DNA from: Octopus sinensis
Taxonomy: Eukaryota
Assembly (NCBI RefSeq): GCF_006345805.1
Contig: NC_043021.1
Coordinates: forward strand, 12,028,001 to 12,092,000
Direction: 5' to 3'
DNA length: 64,000 bases
A program made the position numbers and the translations under genes. Shown here in pieces: positions 23,683 to 34,313 of the stretch. Under the pieces are notes generated by a model. That model had not been told where the DNA came from, ran no database searches, and saw only the letters and a list, made by a program, of their open reading frames with translations. Positions within the stretch are counted from its first letter, which is position 1, and each line of letters begins with the position of its first letter.

Positions 23683-24145
23683 GACACTTGATGGCAAAAT
23701 CAGAGGTGATCTTCTTTCTCATGTAGGCAGGGTTACCGTTGCTGATGGAAACAGACAGTAAAGCAGTAAAAAATAAGGGGCACAGAAAGATCCATGAAGT
23801 TGAGGTTATAAGGGAGAGGTATTTAGAGGCTCTAATCCCACCCCGCCATCATCCATTGTCCAGGATTTAAAAAGTAGGGGAGGAATGCCAACCACCTCCA
23901 TACCCATTCCTTTCATTCATTATTGTGCACATGACATTTCTAGGCCCTTCCAAGACCAGTACAGAAATCAGTGATTTTCTGAAAGAAGGGGCCGTGCCTA
24001 GTGCCATCTTAAAATAAATACAAAAGAGCCGAGTGTGATGATTTACTCGGGGGTCTATAATTCTTCTGAGTAACTCCTGGCGGTACCTATAACCCTTGCA
24101 GGTCCTTCTTGACTGTTGGGCTTGATGCTGTTAATATTCTAAACG

Positions 24146-24180
24146 AAAAACGTTTACAGCACCTAGGTTTCCCATGTGGT
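24146..24180 (-). pseudogene. 5S rRNA pseudogene, 3' piece
   Basis: Minus strand accacatgggaaacctaggtgctgtaaacgtttt resembles the 5S 3' end ACCGCCTGGGAATACCGGGTGTTGTAGACTTT. Confidence 0.7.
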
Positions 24181-24696
24181 CAGTACCTTAGCTAGCAGGG
24201 GTGCATATGCCTGTTGCTAAGGGAGTGCACTAGACGGCACTGCCCCTTCACTATTCAATGGTGTACCCTCAGATTTAGAAAATACAGTTTACTAAGATCT
24301 TCCCGCAACACAAATGAGTTCCCACCCAGAATATTCTGGGTGGGCATTCATTTGGGTCTGAAGATGCACGAGGGAATATTCCGTTTGATGACGCTTTTAG
24401 GGGAGGTGGGGTAGTTTTGGGTCGGCTGTATAAAGCCTGTATATGCTTAGTGAGCAAGGCAGTGATGGTGGTAATAAACCCAAGAGCCGCTCCATATGGC
24501 ACACACGTTCTAGGTATGCCACTGCATGCGGTCACCCAGAATATTCTGAAGTACCCCCAGACACTAAAGTCTGGCGATGGGCCTGAAGATGCAAGAGGGG
24601 ATGTTCCCTTTGATGATGCATTTAGGGGAGGTGGGGTATTTTTGGGTCTGCTGTAAAATCCTGTGTATGCTTAGTGAGCTTGGCAGTGACGGTGGT

Positions 24697-24867
24697 CAGG
24701 GGCGGACCCAAGGGGGGGGGGAAGACCTGAGGGGCACGTACCCTGCTCAAGAAAAGAAGTGCGCCCCCTTCTAAAAAATGTTATTACGCCCTTTTATCCT
24801 GGAATTGTAATTCCTTCTGACCTTGTGCCCCCCCCCCCCCTTCGAAAAATTCCTGGGACCACGCCTG
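24697..24867. mobile_element. Family E MITE (nested)
   Basis: Imperfect TIR caggggcggacccaag / cctgggaccacgcctg; 8-bp TSD-like [ag][ct]ggtggt; empty site at 24465. Confidence 0.8.
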
Positions 24868-25106
24868 GTGGTGGTAGTGATAATACACCCAAGAGCAGCT
24901 CCAGATGGCACACACGTTCTAGGTATGCCACTGCATACGGTCACCCAGAATATTCTGAAGTACCCCCAGACACTAAAGTCTGGCGATGGGCCTGAAGATG
25001 CAAGAGGGGATGTTCCCTTTGATGATGCTTTTAGGGGTGATGGGGTAGTTTTGGGTCTGCTGTATAAATCCTGTGTACGCTTAGTGAGTCTGGCAGTGAT
25101 GGTGGT

Positions 25107-25249
25107 CAGGGGCGGACCTGAGGGGCACGTACCCCGCTCAAGAAAATAAGTGCGCCCTTCCAAATAATGTTATTACGCCCTTTTAACCTGGAATTGTACT
25201 CCCTTCTGACCTTGTGCCCTCCTTCGAAAAATTCCTGGGATCACACCTG
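25107..25249. mobile_element. Family E MITE (duplicated with host unit)
   Basis: Same insertion site as the 24697 copy. Confidence 0.8.
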
Positions 25250-25270
25250 GTGGTGGTAGTGGTAATACAC

Positions 25271-25690
25271 TCAAGGCGGCGAGCTGGCAGAAACGTTAGC
25301 ACGCCGGGCGAAATGATTAGCGGTATCTCGTCTGCCGCTACGTTCTGAGTTCAAATTCCGCCGAGGTCGACTTTGCCTTTCATCCTTTCGGGGTCGATAG
25401 ATTAAGTACCAGTTACGCACTCTGGTCGATATAATCGACTTAATCCGTTTGTCTGTCCTTGTTTATCCCCTCTGTGTTTAGCCCCTTGTGGGTAATAAAG
25501 AAATAGGTATCTCGTCTGCCGCTACGTTCTGAGTTCAAATTCCGCCGAGGTCGACTTTGCCTTTCATCCTTTCGGGGTCGATAAATTAAGTACCAGTTAC
25601 GCACTGGTGTCGATATAATCGACTTAATCCGTTTGTCTGTCCTTGTTTGTCCTCTCTGTGTTTAGCCCCTTGCGGGTAGTAAAGAAATCG
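25271..25690 (+). mobile_element. SINE family C dimer
   Basis: One head plus two 184-bp bodies; 15-bp TSD gtagtggtaatacac. Confidence 0.9.
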
Positions 25691-25750
25691 GTAGTGGTAA
25701 TACACCTAAGAGCTGCTCCAGATGGCACACACGCTCTATGTATGCCACTG

Positions 25751-25848
25751 CATACGGTCACCCATCCAAGTACTTAACTAGGTTCGACTTTGCTTCACAA
25801 TAGTCTATTGGACGAGAACCGGTGCTTTCCACCAAGTTACGACCGTTA
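25751..25848 (-). pseudogene. 5S rRNA pseudogene, 5' piece
   Basis: Minus strand aaagcaccggttctcgtcc...aagcaaagtcgaacctagttaagtacttggatgggtgaccg matches invertebrate 5S, including box C. Confidence 0.85.
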
Positions 25849-25952
25849 ATATTCATCTTAAATAAGTTGCAAGCTGTATAGATAGGCTGAATCAATAAAT
25901 TAAGTGTTGGGGATTAATATGAGAAATCTCCTCTTACTCACCCTAACCCTGC

Positions 25953-25983
<31 letters not shown>

Positions 25984-26245
25984 TGAAAAACTCTGGCTTC
26001 ATGCCAACGCTTGTTATAATTAGAACTGCTGAATCGGCAGAGCATCAGATAAAAAAATATAATAGTAATAAAACTGGCACTTTGAATTACTTCCATTGAT
26101 GTTCTGGGTTCAAACCCCCATTGAAATACAGTCCCTGTTGCCTTTCTCCCTTCTCTGGGGAATGGGGTTCAAATGTAACACGTGTGTATAAACATGCGAC
26201 TCACTCCAATAATTGTAACGACACACCTTTGTTGGAAATGGGTAT

Positions 26246-26385
26246 CAGGCGCGATCCCAGGAATTTTTCGAAGGGAGAGCACAAAGTCAGAAGGGAATAC
26301 CATTCCAGGAGAAAAGGGCGAACTTCTTTTCTTGAGTGGGGCACGTGGCCCCTCAGTCCTCCCCACCCCCTTGTGTCTGCACCTG
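26246..26385. mobile_element. Family E MITE
   Basis: Homology to other E copies. Confidence 0.75.
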
Positions 26386-26397
26386 AGTATTATCTTT

Positions 26398-26886
26398 CGG
26401 TTGTTTCAGTCAATTGACTGCGGCCATGCTGGAGCACAACCTCGAAGACATTCAGTCGAATGAATCGATCCCGGAACTCTTTTACTTGTTTCAGTCATTT
26501 TGACTGCGGCCATGCTGGAGCACCGCCTTTGGTCGAGCAAATCGACCCCTAGGACTTATTTTTTGTAAACCTAGTACTTATTCTATCGGGTCTCTTTTGC
26601 CAAACCGCTAAGTTACGGGGACGCAAACACACCACCATCGGTTGTCAAGTGATGTTGGGGGCGGGACAAACACAGACACGCAAACATATACACACACATA
26701 TATATATATATATACGTATATACGACGGGCTTCTTTCAGTTTCCATCTACCAAATCCATTCACAAGGCTTTGGTCAGCCCGAGGCTATAGTAGAAGACAC
26801 TTGCCCAAGGTGCCATGCAGTGGGAATGAACCCTGAACCATGTGGTTGGTAAGCAAGCTACTTGCCACACAGCCACTCCTGCGCCT
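26398..26886 (-). mobile_element. SINE family A with duplicated tail
   Basis: Two ttgtttcagtca.ttgactgcggccatgc tail segments then full body and head. Confidence 0.85.
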
Positions 26887-27020
26887 AGTTGTTTTAAAGC
26901 TTAGTACTTATTCTTTCAGTCTCTTTTGCTGAACCGCTAACTTACAAGGATGTAAACACACCAACACCCGCTTAAAGTGGTGGGGGGGGGATAGCTACAG
27001 ACACAAAGACATACACATAT

Positions 27021-27230
27021 ATGAGGGGGTGCTGAAAAGTTCTTGGCTTTGGGTAAACAAAAATACAAGAGGATCAGTTAATTATGATTTTATTCAACAT
27101 ATTCCCCTCTCAGATTCACACTTATTGCAGTGGTCCTTCAGTTTTTCATAAACCCTGTAAAAGAACTCGGAAGGTTGGGCCACTGACCTGGCCTTTCGCG
27201 ATACTCTTAAAGCCAGGAACTTTTCTGCAC
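27021..27230. mobile_element. Mariner-type MITE
   Basis: TIRs gtgctgaaaagttcttggcttt / aaagccaggaacttttctgcac. Confidence 0.7.
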
Positions 27231-27260
27231 ACACACACACACACATACATATATATACAT

Positions 27261-27297
<37 letters not shown>

Positions 27298-27298
<1 letters not shown>

Positions 27299-27522
27299 TT
27301 CTTTATTGCCCACAAGGAGCTAAACACAGAGGGGGACAAACAAGGACAGACAAAGGGATTAAGTCGATTACATCGACCCCAGTGCGAAACTGGTACTTTA
27401 TTTATCGACCCCGAAAGGATGAAAGGCAAAGTCGACCTCGGCGGAATTTGAACTCAGAACGTAACGACACACGAAATACTGCTAAGCATTTCGCCCGGCA
27501 CGCTAACGTTTCTGCCAGCTCG
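27298..27522 (-). mobile_element. SINE family C monomer
   Basis: Near-consensus reverse complement. Confidence 0.9.
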
Positions 27523-28846
27523 ATACACACACACACACACACAATAGGCCACTTCTCAATTTCCGTCTACGAAATCCACTCACAAGGCTTTGATTGGCCC
27601 GGGACCCCTAGCGTAGAAGTGCCATCCCTTTAAAAGTACCGCCCGGGACTATTCTCTCTTACTCGTTTCAGCTATGCGGCTGCGGTCATGCTGGAGTAGT
27701 ATACTTGCCCAAGGTGCCATGCAGTGGGACTGAACCCAGAACCATGTGGTTGGCTAGCAAGCTTCTTTACCACATCATCCTTGATAACTCAGCCGCGTTC
27801 AAAAAGACTGGGTCATTAAGATAAATCTTGTAACCCTCCCCCTTTATGGCAATAACATATGTTTAATTCAGCCCCGCAGGTCTCCATATAGAGTGAAAGC
27901 AACAATCTATGTAACAACTTAACAGTAAAAAAAAAAAAGAAAAGAAAGAAATAGAAGAAGAAAAAATAAATCGTTCCGTGTATAATAATCCCGCCGCCTG
28001 CCTCGCCGTCTTCACACTCCCATTAGATGGAATTTAATACTTTGTGTCGCTCCCTTCAATTTCGTAATAGATGTAAAAGATTTGACATCTCACATAGTGC
28101 ATCCCAAAATACCTTAGTGGGTGAAAACCAACCAAACTGGTATGGTAACAAGGGCACGGGTGGGTGTGCGTGTGCGCGAGGCAGTGTAAACCTAAGTGCG
28201 TGAGTTTGTGTGTGTGTTGCGTAACTGTAGCTCAAGCCCGATCGTATAAAGTTACAAAGGTATTCTGGCCATGACCACCCAACCTTATTTTAAAACACAG
28301 TGCATCTAGAACTACATCGTTCTACGTATCACGCCCCTTTTTTTTTTGTTTTTTAAAGGACGGAATAGCGTGTTTATTTATTCATTTTTTTTTCTGAGGG
28401 GAGATTAGGCTGCTATTTCTAGCAGGTTCGAACAACCGCATACGGGTTCCTTCGTTGGCACGGAGCACGTGTGGCTGTCTGTGTGTTAATTATATAGCTT
28501 AAGCTTGATCGCGTGCGGCTACACTCAAAGGAGTCCAGTTATGACCATCCCGTCTTATTTTCAAACATATTGCCGTCTAGAATTGCATTGTGTCCGTGTG
28601 TTTGTGCGGAAGTGAATGCGTACGTATGCCGCGGGTGTTTGTATGTGTGTGTGTACGTTTGTGTGTGTGTGTGTGTGTCTGTGTCTGTGCGTGTGTGTAA
28701 ACATATCCGTTTTCTTACGAATTCGTTATAGCTTGGAGCAGTAAAGTTCCCAAAATATGGAAAAGAAGCAAAAAAGAACCAACAAAACTCAAACAACAAG
28801 CTTTTTACTATTACAAAATGGTTTTAAAAAAAAGCTCTCTTTCTCG

Positions 28847-28847
<1 letters not shown>

Positions 28848-28934
<87 letters not shown>

Positions 28935-29010
28935 GTATGTACACACATATATATACACACAATATACATATAAAATATACATATATAATATATACATATA
29001 TATATATATT
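28848..29010. repeat. (TA)n microsatellite
   Basis: Direct reading. Confidence 0.95.
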
Positions 29011-29240
29011 ATTTAAAGGAATTCCAACTCTGTTTTTTTTAATGTTTTATTTATATTCTTTATAATATTAATGTAGAATATAGAATATATAGAATAAATA
29101 ATATATATAGTAAAATGAAATGAAGTATTGATCGTCTTATTGAATAGATGAAATATTGAATATCAAATATTAAGGGACTAGTATACTTTCTTGCTTCAAA
29201 GCAGTCTTCAAGGTCCCGGGTTGTGACATGAATGTTTCAA

Positions 29241-29275
<35 letters not shown>

Positions 29276-30399
29276 GATATCGTATACGATATTGTAGTAT
29301 ATATTACATATCACATATATGTATATATGTGTTTGTGTATGTATATATATATATGATATATAACATTGTATGTTACGTTGTATACATACGTACATAGATA
29401 TTTATATACTCACAATTACACGCGCGCGCGCGCAGACACGCACTCACATGCTCACACGCCCACTTTACTTGAACATGAGGCGACTACCACCCGGTCTACA
29501 ATAGCTAAAAAAAAGTGACGTAGTTATTCACCATGCTGGATGCACGCCAAAAACCTTAGGTATTTCGGCAATCTTAAAAGGTGACCGGCATGTGTATATA
29601 TATATAAGAAAAGCGTTTGATAAATTGGAAAAGGCTCAATATATTTCCAATACATCTAATTATTCAACAAATTAATTATTTAGTTTGTTACGCATAGATT
29701 TCTTCTTTTTTTTTTCTTTTTTTTTTCAATAGTTCTCGAATATTATGAAATTTCTTTTTGTTTCGTTTTAAAGAATTTGATAGTTTATCGAGAAAGTCAA
29801 GCGAAAATCTCTCATTAAACTCTCCGTGTAAATAAAACCGCGTATTTTTAGAATTTGAAAGAAAATGTTTAGACTCGGTCGTTTTATCTTTCTTACAATG
29901 ACATGCCCACCGACGCAACTCGTTTTTTTTTTTTTTATCTTTCTCCTCCCACCCGTAAAGTTTTGCCTCACCTATGACTACAAACTTTATTTTGAAGCAA
30001 TGGTTAACACAAGAAGAATTTTAAAAAAAAACGCAGGCCTCATGATGTGGTTGTTGTTTCATTTGTGTGATATTATGCTTGGTGGTACAGCGTGGGTTTT
30101 TGGCTGCTCTGCAGGGTAGCTAAATTGGCCGATTCCACTTCTCTCTTCCTTAAATGTAACATACCTTCCACTACGGCAAACGTAATGTACCTTCAAGCAG
30201 TGACGTAGCTAGAATGTATGTGCCGCTCGGGACAGCCCTGGTTTTGCCTCCCCGTCCCTGGGCCAATATAGTCTATATATACTCATGCAACAGACCCACA
30301 AGTGCCGTCGCTTCTCGCTGCGCGACTACCTTCGCCTACATGTACATAAAGCGACTGCCCTTACAATCCAACGCTATTGCACAAGCTTTACTATCTTTT

Positions 30400-30783
30400 T
30401 ACTATTTTACTTGTTTCAGTCATTTGACTGTGGCCATGCTGGAGCACCGCCTTTTAGTCGAGCAAGTCACCCCACCCCCAGAACTTATTCTATCGGTCTC
30501 TTTCGCCGAACCGCTAAGTTACGGGGACGTGAACACACCAGCATCGGTTGTCAAGCGATGTAGGGGGGGACAAACACAGACACACAAACATATATATATA
30601 ACGACAAGCTAAACATCGCCATATATATATTTATAAACGACGGGCTTCTTTCAGTTTCCGTCTACCAAATTCACTCACAAGGCTTTGGTAGAAGACACTT
30701 GCCCAAGGTGCCACGCAGTGGGACTGAACACGGAACCATGTGGTTGGTAAGCAAGCTACTTACCACACAGCCACTGCTACGCC
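30400..30783 (-). mobile_element. SINE family A
   Basis: Reverse-complement match with small deletions. Confidence 0.85.
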
Positions 30784-30979
30784 TTTACTTGACATATTGT
30801 GAATATAATTCTTTCAACTTTTGGGACAAGGCCATCAGTTTTGAGGGGCGGGGGCCAAGTTGATTGCATCGACTCCAGTACTCAACTTGTACTTATTTCC
30901 TTGATCCCAAAAGAATCAAAAACAAATTCGACCTCAGCGACATTTGAACTTAGAACGTGAAACCGAAAGAAATGCCGCT

Positions 30980-31371
30980 TACTCTCTTACTTGCTTCAGT
31001 CATTTGACTGTGGCCATGCCGGAGCACCGCCTTTAGTCGAGCAAATCGACCCCCCAGGACTTATTCTTTGCAAGCCTAGTACTTATTCTATCGGTCTCTT
31101 TTGCCGAACCGCTAAGTTACGGGGGACGTAAACACACCAGCATCGGTTGTGAAGCGATGTCGGGGGGGGGGGGACACACAGACACACGAACATATATATA
31201 TATATACGCGACGGGCTTCTTTCAGTTTCCGTCTACCAAATCCACTCACAAGGCTTTGGTCGACCCGAGGCTATAGTAGAAGACACTTGCCCAAGGTGCC
31301 ACGCAAGTGGGACTGAACCCGGAACCATGTGGTTGGTAAGCAAGCTACTTACCACACAGCCACTCCTACGC
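30980..31371 (-). mobile_element. SINE family A full length
   Basis: Near-consensus. Confidence 0.9.
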
Positions 31372-31853
31372 TTATATGTATACATATGTTTTTGTTCGGA
31401 GTGCTAAGGATTCAATCAGTTGGTTCCCACACCTTCCGTAGGAACTGTTATAATAATATTAATTTCCAATTTTGGCGCAAGGCCAACAATCCCGGGTGAG
31501 GGGGTTAAGTCGATTACGTTGACCCCGGTGTTCAACTGGGTACTTGTTTCAATCGACCTTGAAAAGAGTAGGTAATCCAATCAACCTCGGCGGAATTTGA
31601 ACTCGGAATGTAAAGACCCGGAAAAATAGCCGCTCAGCATGTTGTCCAATGCGCTAACGATTCTACCACATCGCTCTGATATAAGGTCAATAATTTTTGA
31701 GGTGAGAGGGCGAGTCGATTTTATCAACTCCGATAACATTTGACTGGTACTTTATTTCATTGAAGCCGGAGGGATGAAAGACAAAGTTGACCAGAGCAGG
31801 ATTTATGAAAGAAATTGTTGCATACAGAGCTCAGATGCACTAACAAAAATTTT

Positions 31854-32248
31854 GGATCTTTTCGGTTTGAACGGCAGTTTTTAACATAATTTCTAGGTAA
31901 CTAAAAAATTTTAAACTTCGTATACTGGTAGAATGTGTTTATAAAACATCCTTTTCTCTTGGCTTTATTGAGAAAATTCTATTGTTTGTAAGATATTTGT
32001 TGTTTTTCTTCAATTTCTGCAATTTCAACCAATCAATGACGTCTATTGAGGTGAAAAACATTCTGTGCCGTATGAATATGTCCCTCGTTTAAGAAACAGA
32101 TTGGGTTTATTTACATTTGTGAAGAAAAAAAGATTCCCTAACCATAAAACAGATTGAAATGCAATAGATCGATACTAGGGTCATAATTATGGGTGACAAT
32201 TTCATATGACACCGCTAGAAAAAACTTCCGTTCAAACCGAAAAGATCC
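31854..32248. mobile_element. Merlin-like MITE (second full copy)
   Basis: Both TIRs ggatcttttcggtttgaacggcagt; high identity to 18684-19116. Confidence 0.85.
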
Positions 32249-32276
32249 CCAATTTTTTTTTTAATTATTTTTAAAA

Positions 32277-32442
32277 TGCTGTGGCTGTGTGGTAAGTAGC
32301 TTGCTTAACAACCACATGGTTCTGGGTTCAGTCCCACTGCGTGGTACCTTGGGCAAGTGTCTTCTACTATAGCCTCGGGCCGACCAAAGCCTTGTGAGTG
32401 GATTTGGTAGATGGAAACTGAAAGAAGCCCGTCGCATATATG

Positions 32443-32477
<35 letters not shown>

Positions 32478-32665
32478 TTGTTCCCCCAACATCGCTTGAC
32501 AACCGATGCTGATGTGTTTACGTCCCTATAACATAGCGGTTCGGCAAGAGAGACCGATAGAATAAGTACTAGGCTTACAAAGAATAAGTCCTGGGGGTAG
32601 ATTTGCTCGGCTAATGGCGGTGCTCCAGCATGGCCACAGTCAAATGACTGAAACAAGTAAAAGAG
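32277..32665 (+). mobile_element. SINE family A full length
   Basis: Head to gtaaaagag tail. Confidence 0.9.
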
Positions 32666-32959
32666 TAGGTGTACTGTTGGCGGATTTGAGGAAGCATGGA
32701 AGTTTTTGAAGGACGTAGTGTCCTGACAGCTAACAACTGATGCAAGTAGTTTTTATTCCACGCTCCAATAATTCTGAGCGTGAGAAAATGTTTCCGAAAG
32801 TCATGGGTGCTGTGTTGTTTTTTTTATTCTGATTTTCTGAGTATGTCCACGAATGTTTGACATGGAATTCAAAAAGGTACATAAAGTTGTTGTCAGAAAG
32901 ATGGTAGATAATCTTGTGGGATGTTTATCAAGTCAGATGACGGACGTCTGAGCTTCAAT

Positions 32960-33099
32960 CACTAGCGTAGCTAAGTGGGGAGGGGCGGCGATTTTGGGTC
33001 TGCTGTAGGCAACGTGTTTTTTTTTGGGGGGGGGGGGGGGTCCGGGGGCGGCAAACGGAAGGGCTGCCCCGGGCGGTACACACTCTAGCTACGCTAGTG
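32960..33099. mobile_element. hAT-type MITE (140 bp)
   Basis: Perfect 14-bp TIR cactagcgtagcta; perfect 8-bp TSD gcttcaat. Confidence 0.9.
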
Positions 33100-33929
33100 G
33101 CTTCAATGTGTCCATGCCCAGGGAAGCAAAATGTTCAGAGTATTTGAACTCAGAACGTTAGGGAGCCGGAAGAAATATCGCAAAGCAATTTGTTCAATGT
33201 TCTAACGATTCTGCCAGCTCGCCGCCTTGTGCTCTGTGGAAAAGGGTAAAAGAGGGGACAGAAAAAAGCAATAAAATAAGAAAAAATATGGCACTGACAA
33301 CCAAAAGTCCATGCATATTACCCAGGTTAATACAAAAGACAAAGGTTTCACTTTATGTATCAAAATCTTTCTTATATACTAACCACAGTTGATAGTTTTA
33401 AGGTGCCCCTTTATTCTCTCAATCAATCAAAAAAAAAAAATGTCCCAGGAAATTAGCCTGCAACTGATAAATACAAGGTGGGGATTAGTGATTCAAGAGC
33501 GGCCAACTAAAATTGAAGTGCCACTTATAAGCTCGTTGTAGGTACGTATAGAGACTAAAATTACAACTCCATGTTGAATTACATGTTATACCGAGGGGGG
33601 GAAATTGCTTGACGTAAATCTCGAGTTGACACTTGTGGGTGAAAAACTGGGCAGACGGAAACAGTGCTGAAACCCGTCAAGAAGACTGAACCTGTAATTT
33701 AACGAGAGATTTGACTTCCGAATTTACATTTTAAGAGTACACGTGTCCGTGGAATGTTCAGCCACTTACACGTTAATTTAATTAGCAGGAAATCGGGTTG
33801 ATCGAACAACTGAGCAACACCTCCGAGAACTAAGGAGATCCATATATATATATGTATATATATAAAAAGTCCCGTCTTGAAATGACGTTTGGTTCCGGGG
33901 AGAATGAACCGGCATTTGAAAAACCGCGT

Positions 33930-34260
33930 CTATTCACCATAGCAACAAGCATTCTCCCTTTCCCTCGTTTACCGATCACCGCCCACTAATCCCTGCCCAC
34001 CGTCGCCTTCAACAACGTCGCTTCGTCTCCGCCATCACCGTTTGCACTAATTTTTAGTCGGCCATGTTGATTCAGACGAAATGCATGACGGGTTGATATA
34101 AGCCACTGTCGAATGCCGTCCAAAGCAGCCAATCAGGACGTTTCAAGCGACCAATCGGAGAGCTGGGTTGTCAGCTTTTTTTTATTTCTTTTTTCCTTTT
34201 GGCGGCGGCACGCAAACTGAGTCTAACTGTAGTTCTTTCGGTTGCTAAGCAACAAGCAGT
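33930..34260 (+). promoter_or_regulatory. Putative LC8 promoter: CCAAT boxes and RFX X-boxes
   Basis: CpG-rich patch; CCAAT at 34129 and 34151; GTTGCTAAGCAAC at 34241-34253; TTCACCATAGCAAC near 33933-33946. Confidence 0.6.
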
Positions 34261-34313
34261 TTCCCCCTCATTCCAGAAGCGGTAGAAGAATTCTACTGTG
34301 CTGTTGAAAAAAG
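34170..34313 (+). other. Putative non-coding first exon of LC8
   Basis: Pyrimidine-rich start downstream of CCAAT boxes; aag|gtaaaa donor at 34314; acceptor tttccag at 38035; start approximate. Confidence 0.45.

Larger units (their letters stand above)
24181..25750. mobile_element. hAT-type MITE inserted in 5S pseudogene, expanded as three tandem units with nested insertions
   Basis: Imperfect TIR cagtaccttagctag / ctaggtatgccactg; 8-bp TSD catgtggt/catgcggt; units start at 24329, 24539, 24948. Confidence 0.75.
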
